Source: Faecousia sp.
GTDB lineage: Bacteria; Bacillota; Clostridia; Oscillospirales; Oscillospiraceae
Reading direction: 5' to 3'
Assembly: GCA_045590835.1 (NCBI GenBank)
Contig: JAZNRW010000035.1
Coordinates: forward strand, 1 to 58,773
Length of the DNA: 58,773 nucleotides
Shown piece after piece: positions 39,240 to 48,008 of the stretch. Position numbers and translations under genes: made by a program. Positions within the stretch are counted from its first letter, which is position 1; every line of letters begins with the position of its first letter. The notes beneath the pieces were generated by a model. That model saw nothing but the letters and a program-made list of their open reading frames with translations. It was not told where the DNA came from and ran no database searches.

Positions 39240-40664
39240 TTATTCTTTGCCGTCCCAGCAGTAGGTACACAGTTTGCATCTGTCTATACCAATAGCACTT
39301 ACCACACCCTCTATGGTCTGGAAGCCCAAAGAAGCAAACTTAAACTTGTCGCAAATTGCCTGGCGCAGCTTCTTACCGCGCTCTGTCCCACCGTCTCCAT
39401 ATTCTTCGATGTGTTTCAGCCCTTCCTCCCCTTCCAGTTCCACGATCACCCGACGGGCAATCAGCTCCATATCGTCGGTGGCACGGGAGAAGTTTAGGTA
39501 CTTGCAGCCGTACATAATGGGAGGACAGGCGGAGCGCATATGCACAGACTTAGCGCCGTTATCGTAGAGGAATTCCACCGTCTCCTGCAGCTGTGTGCCG
39601 CGGACAATAGAGTCGTCCACAAACAGCAGATTCTTCCCTGCGATCAGCTCATGGACGGGAATCTGCTTCATTTTGGCAACCTTTTTCCGATCCTTCTGGT
39701 GGGCAGGCGTAAAGCTTCTGCTCCAGGTGGGCGTGTACTTGATAAACGCCCGGGCAAAGGGCAGCTTGGTGCGGTTGGAGTAGCCGATAGCGTGGGGCGT
39801 ACCGGAATCTGGAACACCGCCCACATAGTCGATCTCCATGGATCTTCCCTGCTGCAAGTCACGCTCAGCGATGGCTGCACCGTTGCGGTAGCGCATGGCT
39901 TCTACATTGATGCCCTCATAAATAGAAGTAGGATATCCATAATAGCTCCACAGGAATGCGCAGACCTTCATCTCCTTGCCGGGAGCTGCCAGCTGTGTCA
40001 TAGAATCCGGGGTCAGCTCCACGATCTCACCGGGCCCAAGCTCCTTTACATGCTCATATGCCAGCTTGGTGTAAGCAAACTGTTCAAAGGAAACCGCGTA
40101 ACCATATTCATCCTTACCGATCTGCACGGGGATTCTGCCCATTCTATCTCGGGCCGCAATGATGCTGCCGGTCTGGGTCAGGATCAGGATGTTAGCTGTG
40201 CCTTCGATCACCTGCTGGGCAAACTGAATGCCCTCGGTAAAGTTACTCTTCTGATTGATCAAGGCTGCCACCAGCTCAGTAGAATTGACCTTACCGCCGG
40301 TCATAGCATCAAAATGTCCCCCACTGAAGGACAGATACTGGTCGATCAGTTCGTTGGCATTGTTAATAATACCTACGGTACACAGGGCATAGGTACCCAG
40401 GCGGGAGCGAATCAGCATAGGCTGGGGGTCAGAGTCACTGATACAGCCGATTGCAGAGGTGCCCACCATTTCGTCAAAAATATGTTCAAATTTTGTGCGG
40501 AAGGGAGAGTTCTCGATGTTATGAATCTTTCTTTGCAGACCGATTTTTGCATCGTATGCTGCCATGCCGCCCCGGCGTGTTCCCAGGTGGGAGTGGTAAT
40601 CCACACCGAAGAACACATCCATCATACAGTCCTGTTTGGATGCAATTCCAAAAAATCCGCCCAT
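39240..40664 (-). CDS. purF: Amidophosphoribosyltransferase-like protein with a degenerate glutaminase domain
   Basis: PRTase loop VDDSIVRGT, VPDSG, Fe-S cysteines (CAFL, GCKY, CTYC); N-terminus MGGFFG lacks Cys1. Confidence 0.9.
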   Translation of the reverse strand: MGGFFGIASKQDCMMDVFFGVDYHSHLGTRRGGMAAYDAKIGLQRKIHNIENSPFRTKFEHIFDEMVGTSAIGCISDSDPQPMLIRSRLGTYALCTVGIINNANELIDQYLSFSGGHFDAMTGGKVNSTELVAALINQKSNFTEGIQFAQQVIEGTANILILTQTGSIIAARDRMGRIPVQIGKDEYGYAVSFEQFAYTKLAYEHVKELGPGEIVELTPDSMTQLAAPGKEMKVCAFLWSYYGYPTSIYEGINVEAMRYRNGAAIAERDLQQGRSMEIDYVGGVPDSGTPHAIGYSNRTKLPFARAFIKYTPTWSRSFTPAHQKDRKKVAKMKQIPVHELIAGKNLLFVDDSIVRGTQLQETVEFLYDNGAKSVHMRSACPPIMYGCKYLNFSRATDDMELIARRVIVELEGEEGLKHIEEYGDGGTERGKKLRQAICDKFKFASLGFQTIEGVVSAIGIDRCKLCTYCWDGKE

Positions 40665-40698
40665 TATGTACTCCTTTTCCTATCAGAAGAACTTATAA

Positions 40699-41385
40699 TT
40701 AAGCAAAAAACAGCTTATTCAGGGTCATGGGATCAATGTACTGACCATCCTTGTAGACACGCATATTGCCGGATGCGATCTCATCGATCAGCATAACTTC
40801 ACCCTCGGGGTCATAGCCGAACTCGAACTTAATATCGTACAGATCCATGCCCTTTGCCTTCAAATCATCGGCAACGATCTTGGTAATTCTCTGTGTCATA
40901 TCCTTCAGGTCGTCGTACTGCTTTGCAGTCATGACACCCAGATCCACCAGGCCGTCCTTGGTGACCAGAGGATCGCCCTTTTCATCGTTCTTGAAGGTGG
41001 TCTCCACATAAGCGGGCAGATCCTGGCCCTCGGTGCAGTAGTCGGAGTAGCGACGGAAGAAGCTACCCACAGCCTTATATCGGCAGATCACTTCAAGGCC
41101 CTTGCCAAACACCTTGGCAGGCAGAACCTCCATCGTGGTATCATCCAGATTTGCGCTGACATAGTGGGTACGGATACCGGCAGCATTGATCTTCTCAAAG
41201 AAGTAGATAGACATGCGCAGGTTCACATCGCCAACACCCTCGATAGTCAGGCCAACACTATTCTCGCCGGGATCAAACACACCGTCCTTACCGGTGCAAT
41301 CATCCTTAAATTTCAGCAGGCAGTTGCCGTTGGGCAGAGCGTAAACATTCTTGGTCTTACCGGTGTACATGAGTTTCTTTTCCAT
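40699..41385 (-). CDS. purC: SAICAR synthetase
   Basis: [20 protein letters not shown]-x-DEKGDP, DIKFEFG, LIDEI. Confidence 0.95.
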   Translation of the reverse strand: MEKKLMYTGKTKNVYALPNGNCLLKFKDDCTGKDGVFDPGENSVGLTIEGVGDVNLRMSIYFFEKINAAGIRTHYVSANLDDTTMEVLPAKVFGKGLEVICRYKAVGSFFRRYSDYCTEGQDLPAYVETTFKNDEKGDPLVTKDGLVDLGVMTAKQYDDLKDMTQRITKIVADDLKAKGMDLYDIKFEFGYDPEGEVMLIDEIASGNMRVYKDGQYIDPMTLNKLFFA

Positions 41386-41426
41386 AGTAGTTGTCTCCTT
41401 TATTGTGGTGAGTAGTTGTCTCTTAC

Positions 41427-41915
41427 TTACAGGTTAGCTGCGATGGTTGTGTCTTTCTCCAGGACCTTAGCCGCGTCGCTGGCGCGCTTAGCGTCCAGCT
41501 TTGCTGCCAGAGCGGAGTCTTCCACCGCGATGATCTGAGCGCACAGAAGAGCAGCATTGGCAGCGCCGTTGATTGCCACGGTAGCCACAGGGATGCCGGT
41601 AGGCATCTGCACAGTAGCAAGCAGCGCATCCAGACCGTCCATCATACCGCCCTTACAGGGAATTCCGATCACAGGCAATGTGGTATTGGCCGCAATGGCT
41701 CCTGCCAGATGCGCAGCCATACCGGCAGCACAAATGATTGCGCCGAAGCCGTTGGCTCTTGCATTCACCGCAAAATCCCGGGCCTCCACTGGGGTTCTGT
41801 GGGCGGAATAGATATGTACCTCATAGGGAATTTCCAGGCTTTTCAGCATGTCCACTGCCTTCTGCACAATGGGCAGATCGCTGTCACTTCCCATGATAAT
41901 GCCAACTTTTTTCAT
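41427..41915 (-). CDS. purE: N5-CAIR mutase / AIR carboxylase
   Basis: [34 protein letters not shown]; start ATG 41915 after ggagg. Confidence 0.97.
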   Translation of the reverse strand: MKKVGIIMGSDSDLPIVQKAVDMLKSLEIPYEVHIYSAHRTPVEARDFAVNARANGFGAIICAAGMAAHLAGAIAANTTLPVIGIPCKGGMMDGLDALLATVQMPTGIPVATVAINGAANAALLCAQIIAVEDSALAAKLDAKRASDAAKVLEKDTTIAANL

Positions 41916-41947
41916 AAGCTTCCTCCAATTCGGTTGAGTATTAACGC

Positions 41948-41988
41948 AAAAAGGGCGCACTAACCCAAAAATCGAGTTATATGCGCCC
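41948..41988 (-). terminator. Riboswitch expression-platform terminator
   Basis: GGGCGCA..TAAC..GTTA..TGCGCCC-TTTTT; its 5' arm overlaps the 3' end of the aptamer. Confidence 0.85.
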
Positions 41989-42056
41989 AGACGGTCGGCT
42001 TTTAACATTCTTTGGTCCCTTGTGGTAATCCACCTGCTCCGTCAGTCGCAAAGAAC
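41985..42056 (-). promoter_or_regulatory. ZMP/ZTP (pfl) riboswitch
   Basis: GCGACTGACGG..GTGG-ATTA-CCAC..GGGA..linker..GCCGACCGTCTGGGC; the GACGG/CCGTC pseudoknot pairing is present; upstream of pur operon. Confidence 0.93.
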
Positions 42057-42077
42057 GATTATGAATTTTTCTTAATA

Positions 42078-42106
42078 ATTTTATCATGACACAGAATCAG
42101 TGTCAA
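42078..42106 (-). promoter_or_regulatory. SigA promoter of the pur operon
   Basis: TTGACA-17bp-TAAAAT with extended TG, just upstream of the riboswitch. Confidence 0.8.
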
Positions 42107-42181
42107 GGCAGGTTCTGTTTGATTCTCTGTTTTTGACACGAAAATTTCAAGAACCTGCCTGACTTTTGTGTACATTTCTTT

Positions 42182-43276
42182 TTAAGATTCTGTGCGCTTT
42201 TTCTTGGCCTCACAATAGATGCAACGGTAGATTCCGTGGGCCTTATCCACCAGCTTAAACTTATGGGGAAGCTCCTGCTCGGTAGCTGTGATGCAGCGGG
42301 GGTTGTCACAGACAAAGTCTGCATCAGCATCATAAACTTCAGGCTTCATCTGCTTGCCCTGCTTGGCCTCCTCCAGCAGCTTTAGGATCAACGCCATACG
42401 CATATACTTGCCGTTGAGCGCCTGTCGGAAATAAGCTGCTCTGGGGTCATCGTCAACCTTAACGCTGATCTCATTGACACGGGGCAGCGGGTGCAAAACA
42501 CGCATTGTCTCCTTAGCCAGATTCATCTTTTCCGCTGTGAGAATGTAGCTGTCCTTCAGCCGTTCATAATCCGCACGGTTATCAAACCGTTCCTGCTGGA
42601 TCCGGGTCATATACAGCACATCCAACTCCGGCATTACCGCCTCCAAAGAGGTAGTTTCCACATACTCCATACCGTACTTATCCAGCACTTCGTATTTTAC
42701 ATAGCTGGGCAGCTTCAGCTCCTCCGGAGAAATCAGCACGATCTTGATATTCTCGTATCTGCCCAGAGCGGCAATCAGAGAGTGGACGGTTCTGCCGTAC
42801 TTCAGGTCACCGCAGCAGCCGATGGTCAAATCGTGGAGTCTGCCGTTTTCCCGGTAGATGGTAAGAAGATCAGCCAATGTCTGGGTAGGATGGCAATGGC
42901 CGCCGTCACCGGCGTTGATCACCGGGATGGATGCAGCCTTCGCTGCCACATAAGGCGCGCCTTCCTTGGGATGGCGGATGGCCATAATATCTGCATAGCA
43001 GGAAAGAATCTTAGCCGTATCCGCCATACTCTCACCCTTGCTTGCAGAAGAAGAACTCGCCTCGCTAAAGCCGATTACATTGCCGCCCAGTTCCAGCATG
43101 GCAGCCCCAAAGCTCAGGCGGGTACGGGTGGAGGGTTCGAAGAATAAGGTTGCCAGTTTCTTGCCATGGCAGCTCTCAGCATATTTCCAGGGATTGTCGA
43201 TGATGTCGCAGGCGACTTTCATCAGTTCGTCCACTTCATCTACGGAAAAATCAATAATATCGATCAAGCTTCTCAT
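42182..43276 (-). CDS. pyrB: Aspartate carbamoyltransferase with a fused C-terminal PyrI-type Zn domain
   Basis: [41 protein letters not shown]; tail [15 protein letters not shown]. Confidence 0.95.
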   Translation of the reverse strand: MRSLIDIIDFSVDEVDELMKVACDIIDNPWKYAESCHGKKLATLFFEPSTRTRLSFGAAMLELGGNVIGFSEASSSSASKGESMADTAKILSCYADIMAIRHPKEGAPYVAAKAASIPVINAGDGGHCHPTQTLADLLTIYRENGRLHDLTIGCCGDLKYGRTVHSLIAALGRYENIKIVLISPEELKLPSYVKYEVLDKYGMEYVETTSLEAVMPELDVLYMTRIQQERFDNRADYERLKDSYILTAEKMNLAKETMRVLHPLPRVNEISVKVDDDPRAAYFRQALNGKYMRMALILKLLEEAKQGKQMKPEVYDADADFVCDNPRCITATEQELPHKFKLVDKAHGIYRCIYCEAKKKRTES

Positions 43277-43929
43277 TACTTTGCTCCATTCACAGCCAGA
43301 TAATTTTTGATTCTTGTCACATTCTCTTCATTGGCAGGATCTTCTTCCAGGAACTCAATAATGTCATAAACATCCACAACAGAATAAACGGGGAAACCAA
43401 ACTGCTCCTCGATCTCCTGCATGGCGCCCTTTTCGCTCTGACCCTTTTCCTTCCGGTCTACCATAATGAAGGTTGCGATGACCTTGGTGCCTTCCAGATG
43501 CTTGAGAATATCCATACTTTCCCGAATTGCTGTGCCGGCAGTGATCACATCTTCGATAATGACGATCTCTTCACCGGCCTGAGGCACATAGCCCACAAAG
43601 GTGCCGCCCTCGCCGTGATCCTTCACTTCCTTGCGGTTGAAGAAAAACGGAACATTCAGGCCATTCTTAGACAGAGCTACCGCTGCGGAAATGGACAAGG
43701 AGATGCCCTTGTAGGCAGGGCCGTAGAGAACGGCTTCCTTCTTGCCCAGCTTCTCAAAGTAAGCCTTGGCGTAGAACTCGCCCATCTTGGTAATCTGATC
43801 ACCGGTTTTGATCATACCGGCGTTGACGAAATAAGGAATCTTCCGGCCGGACTTGGCGGTGAAATCACCGAATTTCAGAACGCCTGCTTCCTGCAGGAAC
43901 TCAATAAATTCTCTTTTATAGTTCTCCAT
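43276..43929 (-). CDS. pyrE: Orotate phosphoribosyltransferase
   Basis: [38 protein letters not shown]. Confidence 0.96.
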   Translation of the reverse strand: MENYKREFIEFLQEAGVLKFGDFTAKSGRKIPYFVNAGMIKTGDQITKMGEFYAKAYFEKLGKKEAVLYGPAYKGISLSISAAVALSKNGLNVPFFFNRKEVKDHGEGGTFVGYVPQAGEEIVIIEDVITAGTAIRESMDILKHLEGTKVIATFIMVDRKEKGQSEKGAMQEIEEQFGFPVYSVVDVYDIIEFLEEDPANEENVTRIKNYLAVNGAK

Positions 43930-43960
43930 TTATATATCTCCTTCCGGTATTGACATTTTA

Positions 43961-45646
43961 CTAACGATCCTTTTGAGAACCTGTGGGGTTCTGAATACTG
44001 TAACCCACATTCACAAGGTGATCCGCAACACGCTCCAGTCCCATAACAGTAGAGGTGTAGTACGGACTGTGGGTCACTTTACAGCTATTGGTGGAGAGGC
44101 GGCCGAAGTGATTGTCAGTCAGGCATTTTTTCATACCGTCAACCTGATTCTCAAAAGCAGTCAGTTCCGGCAGCCGCTGATAATTCAAATTTACAAAGGC
44201 ATCTCTTGCAACGGCAAACATCGAAAGAACCGTATCACACATGGAAGCAATCTCAACCTTAGCAGTCTGAGAGTATGCCAACTCCTTTTGCTTCATCTCC
44301 TGACTAAGCTCAAAGAAATTCAGCGCATGGTCGCCAATTCGTTCCAGGTCATTGAGCACATGGAAGTAAGCGCCGACTGTGGCTTCATCCTGGTCACTGA
44401 GCTGCGAGGCAGAGAGTTTAATAAGGAAGGAAGTCAGAGCACTGTTGGTAAAGTCGATAATCTCTTCGTTTTCAGCAATGCGCGCTCCATCCATATCGGC
44501 ACCGGTCTGCAGAGCATGAAAGGACAGACGGGTATTTTCCTCAGCAAGCTGGAGCATATAGTCAATTTCCTTTTTAGCCTGCGCAACAGCAACAGAGGGA
44601 ATGGCCAAAATATGATCGTCCACAAAGCGCAATACATGGTTGTTTTCGGCATCTTCCTTGTCCCGAATGATAGCCTTAGAGAAGGCTACCAGATGCTTGA
44701 CAAAAGGCAGCAGCACTAATGTGGTGCTGACATTGAAGATCACATGGAAGGCGGAAACCCGCATCTGCAGGGACATAGTATCATCACCGGGGAAGATTGA
44801 GGTCAGCAGGTTGATCATCGGTTGGCGGAATATCCAGATAACAGCAGTAAACAAAGCTGTACCGATGGCATTGAAGGTGAAGTGGATCAGTGCCACCCGC
44901 TTGGAGTTGGCATTGGCGCCGGCGCAGGCCAACAAAGCCGTGACGCAGGTGCCGATATTGGCGCCCAAAACGATGAACAGCGCCAGCTCCAAATTCAACA
45001 CACCGGTACCTACCATAGTAATCACCACACCGGTAGCCGCAGAAGAGCTTTGAATGAGGGCGGTGAAGATCACGCCCACAAGGATCAGCAGCAGAGGAAA
45101 GTTGATGACGCTAAAAATGTTTGTGAACATCTCTTTGATCAACGCATTGCCAAAGGCCTGCTCACTGCTCATAATTTCCAGTCCCACAAAAATCAAGCCC
45201 AAACCGCTGCACAGCAGACCGGCCAGCTTGATCTTTTCCTTCTTAAAGAAGCCCATCATAACGCCGGCAAAGGCAAAAAAGTACATGACCATATTAAAAT
45301 AGTCATTCTTCAGAGCCACCAGCACACCGGTGATGGTTGTACCGATGTTGGCGCCCATAATGACGGAAGTAGCCTGCACCAAAGTCATTACACCGGCATT
45401 GACCAAACCGATCACCATTACGGAGGTAGCAGAAGAGCTTTGGATGATAGCGGTAACACCTGCGCCAACACTCACACCGGAGAATCGGTTGCCCACAATT
45501 CTGCCCAGCATTTTTTTCATGCCGGCACCTGCGCTCTTCTCCAGCGCCTCACTCATAAAGTTCATACCGACAATGAAAATACCGACTCCGGCAAGCAGCC
45601 AGATCAGACTTTGAAACAGCTGCATAATTTCTTCAACAGTAAACAA
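43961..45646 (-). CDS. Na+/phosphate cotransporter family protein with PhoU-like C-terminal domains
   Basis: Two QSSS / GANIGT repeats, DLERIGDHA and LERVADH; likely TTG start 45646 after aaagga. Confidence 0.92.
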   Translation of the reverse strand: MFTVEEIMQLFQSLIWLLAGVGIFIVGMNFMSEALEKSAGAGMKKMLGRIVGNRFSGVSVGAGVTAIIQSSSATSVMVIGLVNAGVMTLVQATSVIMGANIGTTITGVLVALKNDYFNMVMYFFAFAGVMMGFFKKEKIKLAGLLCSGLGLIFVGLEIMSSEQAFGNALIKEMFTNIFSVINFPLLLILVGVIFTALIQSSSAATGVVITMVGTGVLNLELALFIVLGANIGTCVTALLACAGANANSKRVALIHFTFNAIGTALFTAVIWIFRQPMINLLTSIFPGDDTMSLQMRVSAFHVIFNVSTTLVLLPFVKHLVAFSKAIIRDKEDAENNHVLRFVDDHILAIPSVAVAQAKKEIDYMLQLAEENTRLSFHALQTGADMDGARIAENEEIIDFTNSALTSFLIKLSASQLSDQDEATVGAYFHVLNDLERIGDHALNFFELSQEMKQKELAYSQTAKVEIASMCDTVLSMFAVARDAFVNLNYQRLPELTAFENQVDGMKKCLTDNHFGRLSTNSCKVTHSPYYTSTVMGLERVADHLVNVGYSIQNPTGSQKDR

Positions 45647-45664
45647 TATATCGTATCCTTTCAA

Positions 45665-46363
45665 TCAATCGCAGAACTCAGCAATACAACGTTCATAAGC
45701 AGCAACGGGGTCTGCTGCAGCGGTAATGGGACGGCCCACCACAATATAGTCGGAGCCGATTTCCTTTGCCTGGGCAGGAGTCATGACCCGCTTTTGGTCA
45801 CCCACATCTCCGTCAGCAAAACGCACGCCCGGAGTGATAGTCAAAAACTTCTTGCCGCAAGTGTCGTGAACCTTGCCTGCTTCCAGCGGAGAACAAACAA
45901 TACCGTCCAGTCCTGCTTCCTCAGCGCATTTGGCGTAGTGCATTACCACCTCATCAATAGGCGCATGAATCATCAGATCGTCTTCCATGCTCTGCTGATC
46001 AGTAGAGGTGAGCTGAGTCACGGCAATCAGCAAGGGACGGGTGCCGTCAGCCCGGGTCAGACCCTCCAAAGCAGCCTTCATCATATTCTTAGTGCCGGCT
46101 GCGTGGAGGTTGGTGATATCCACATCCAGATTACTCAGCACAGCCATAGCCTTCTTAACCGTATTAGGAATATCGTGGAGCTTCAGATCCAAAAAGATCT
46201 TATGTCCCCGAGCCTTGATTTCCTTTACGATGGACGGACCCTCCGCGTAGTACAGCTCCATGCCGATTTTGACAAAGGGCTTACGACCTGTAAACTTGTC
46301 CAAAAATGCAAAGGTCTGTTCCGCGCTTGCAAAGTCGCAAGCAATAATGACATCCTTACCCAT
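45665..46363 (-). CDS. pyrF: Orotidine 5'-phosphate decarboxylase
   Basis: [33 protein letters not shown]. Confidence 0.97.
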   Translation of the reverse strand: MGKDVIIACDFASAEQTFAFLDKFTGRKPFVKIGMELYYAEGPSIVKEIKARGHKIFLDLKLHDIPNTVKKAMAVLSNLDVDITNLHAAGTKNMMKAALEGLTRADGTRPLLIAVTQLTSTDQQSMEDDLMIHAPIDEVVMHYAKCAEEAGLDGIVCSPLEAGKVHDTCGKKFLTITPGVRFADGDVGDQKRVMTPAQAKEIGSDYIVVGRPITAAADPVAAYERCIAEFCD

Positions 46364-47274
46364 TATTTCACGCCTCCAATTATTTCACTTAATGTGTTGA
46401 TTTTGTACTTATCCATGGCAGCAGGCAGCTGCTCAATGATATCCCGGCAGGCAAAGGGATTGACAAGGTTAGCCGCGCCAACCTCCACAGCTGTTGCGCC
46501 GGCCAGCATCATCTCGATCACATCCTCAGCAGAAGATACGCCGCCCATACCCACCACAGGGATCTTTACTGCATTTGCCACCTGATACACCATTCGCACC
46601 GCCACCGGGAAGATCGCCGGTCCGGAGAAACCGCCCATTTTATTGGCGATAATCGGCTTGCGGGAACGCAGGTCGATCCGCATACCCAGCATGGTGTTGA
46701 TCAGGCTGATGCCGTCAGCGCCGGCATCCTCGCAGGCTTTTGCAATAGATATAATGTCCGTCACATTGGGACTGAGTTTTATAATGACCGGCTTTTTGGT
46801 GACCTTTTTCACCGCCGCAGTCACTTCCGCGGCTGCTTTGGGATCTGTGCCGAAGCTCATACCACCACCGTGCACATTAGGGCAGCTGACATTGACCTCC
46901 AGCCAGCCAACCTGCTCCTCACTATCAAGCATTTGGCAGGTATAGGCATAGTCTTCCACGCTGAAACCGGAGACATTAGCCATCACAGGTTTATGGAAAC
47001 AGGTTTTCAGCTTGGGCAGTTCCTCGGCAATTACTTTTTCGACACCGGGATTCTGCAGTCCAACGGCATTGATCATACCTGCGGTACACTCCGCAATCCG
47101 GGGGGTAGGGTTACCAAACCGGGAATCTTTGGTAGTTCCCTTAAAAGAAAATGTGCCCAGGCAGTTGATGTCATAAAGCTCAGCGTACTCATAACCGTAG
47201 CCAAAGGTACCGGATGCAGGAATCACAGGATTGTCAAGGGTGATACCGCACAGATCCACGCTTAATCTTCCCAT
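46363..47274 (-). CDS. pyrD: Dihydroorotate dehydrogenase class 1B catalytic subunit
   Basis: [38 protein letters not shown]. Confidence 0.96.
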   Translation of the reverse strand: MGRLSVDLCGITLDNPVIPASGTFGYGYEYAELYDINCLGTFSFKGTTKDSRFGNPTPRIAECTAGMINAVGLQNPGVEKVIAEELPKLKTCFHKPVMANVSGFSVEDYAYTCQMLDSEEQVGWLEVNVSCPNVHGGGMSFGTDPKAAAEVTAAVKKVTKKPVIIKLSPNVTDIISIAKACEDAGADGISLINTMLGMRIDLRSRKPIIANKMGGFSGPAIFPVAVRMVYQVANAVKIPVVGMGGVSSAEDVIEMMLAGATAVEVGAANLVNPFACRDIIEQLPAAMDKYKINTLSEIIGGVK

Positions 47275-47999
47275 AAGATCTCCTCCTTCCGCATTACAGG
47301 GCCTTCCTTACAGATTCGCTTATAGCCGGTGAGGGTCTTGCAGGAGCAGCCCATGCAGGCACCAAAGCCGCAGCCCATCCGCTTTTCGAAACTCATCTGA
47401 CCGGAGGTGGCAGATGCCTTATACACAGCTCTCAGCATAGGCTCCGGGCCACAGGTATAGAAGTAAGTATAATCCATTTCCTTCAAAGCATCGGTTACAA
47501 AACCCTTTGTGCCATAGGAGCCGTCCACAGTGGTAACGGTAACCCCCGCGCCCAAGGCCTTAAATTCCTTTTCATAGAAAATTTCAGCCCTGGTATTAAA
47601 GCCCAGGATCACCTCCACCTGCTTGCCTTCGCTGATCAGCTGCTTTGCCAGCAGGTACATAGGGGGCACGCCAACACCGCCGCCCAGGAGCACAGGCTTG
47701 TCCCCGGACACAGTTAGGTCATAGCCGTTGCCAAGGCCAGTCAGCACATCCAGGTTTTCGCCAATCTGCATCCGGGACATCTGCTCCGTGCCCTTGCCAA
47801 CCACCTTATAAACGATGGTCAGCACATCCCCATTCAGATCACACACAGAAATGGGGCGACGCAGGTACAGGCCATCCAACTGAATATTCACAAACTGGCC
47901 TGCCGCTGTGATGGCAGAGGTATCGCCCCGGAGCCGCATTTGGAACACGGACTCCGTCAGAGCGATATTTTCAATAATTTTAAAGATTCCCTGCTTCAT
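47262..47999 (-). CDS. pyrK: Dihydroorotate dehydrogenase electron transfer subunit
   Basis: LRRPIS, GGGVGVPP, CGPEPM, MGCGFGACMGC..ICKEGPV. Confidence 0.95.
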   Translation of the reverse strand: MKQGIFKIIENIALTESVFQMRLRGDTSAITAAGQFVNIQLDGLYLRRPISVCDLNGDVLTIVYKVVGKGTEQMSRMQIGENLDVLTGLGNGYDLTVSGDKPVLLGGGVGVPPMYLLAKQLISEGKQVEVILGFNTRAEIFYEKEFKALGAGVTVTTVDGSYGTKGFVTDALKEMDYTYFYTCGPEPMLRAVYKASATSGQMSFEKRMGCGFGACMGCSCKTLTGYKRICKEGPVMRKEEILWED

Positions 48000-48008
48000 A
48001 GGGCCTCC

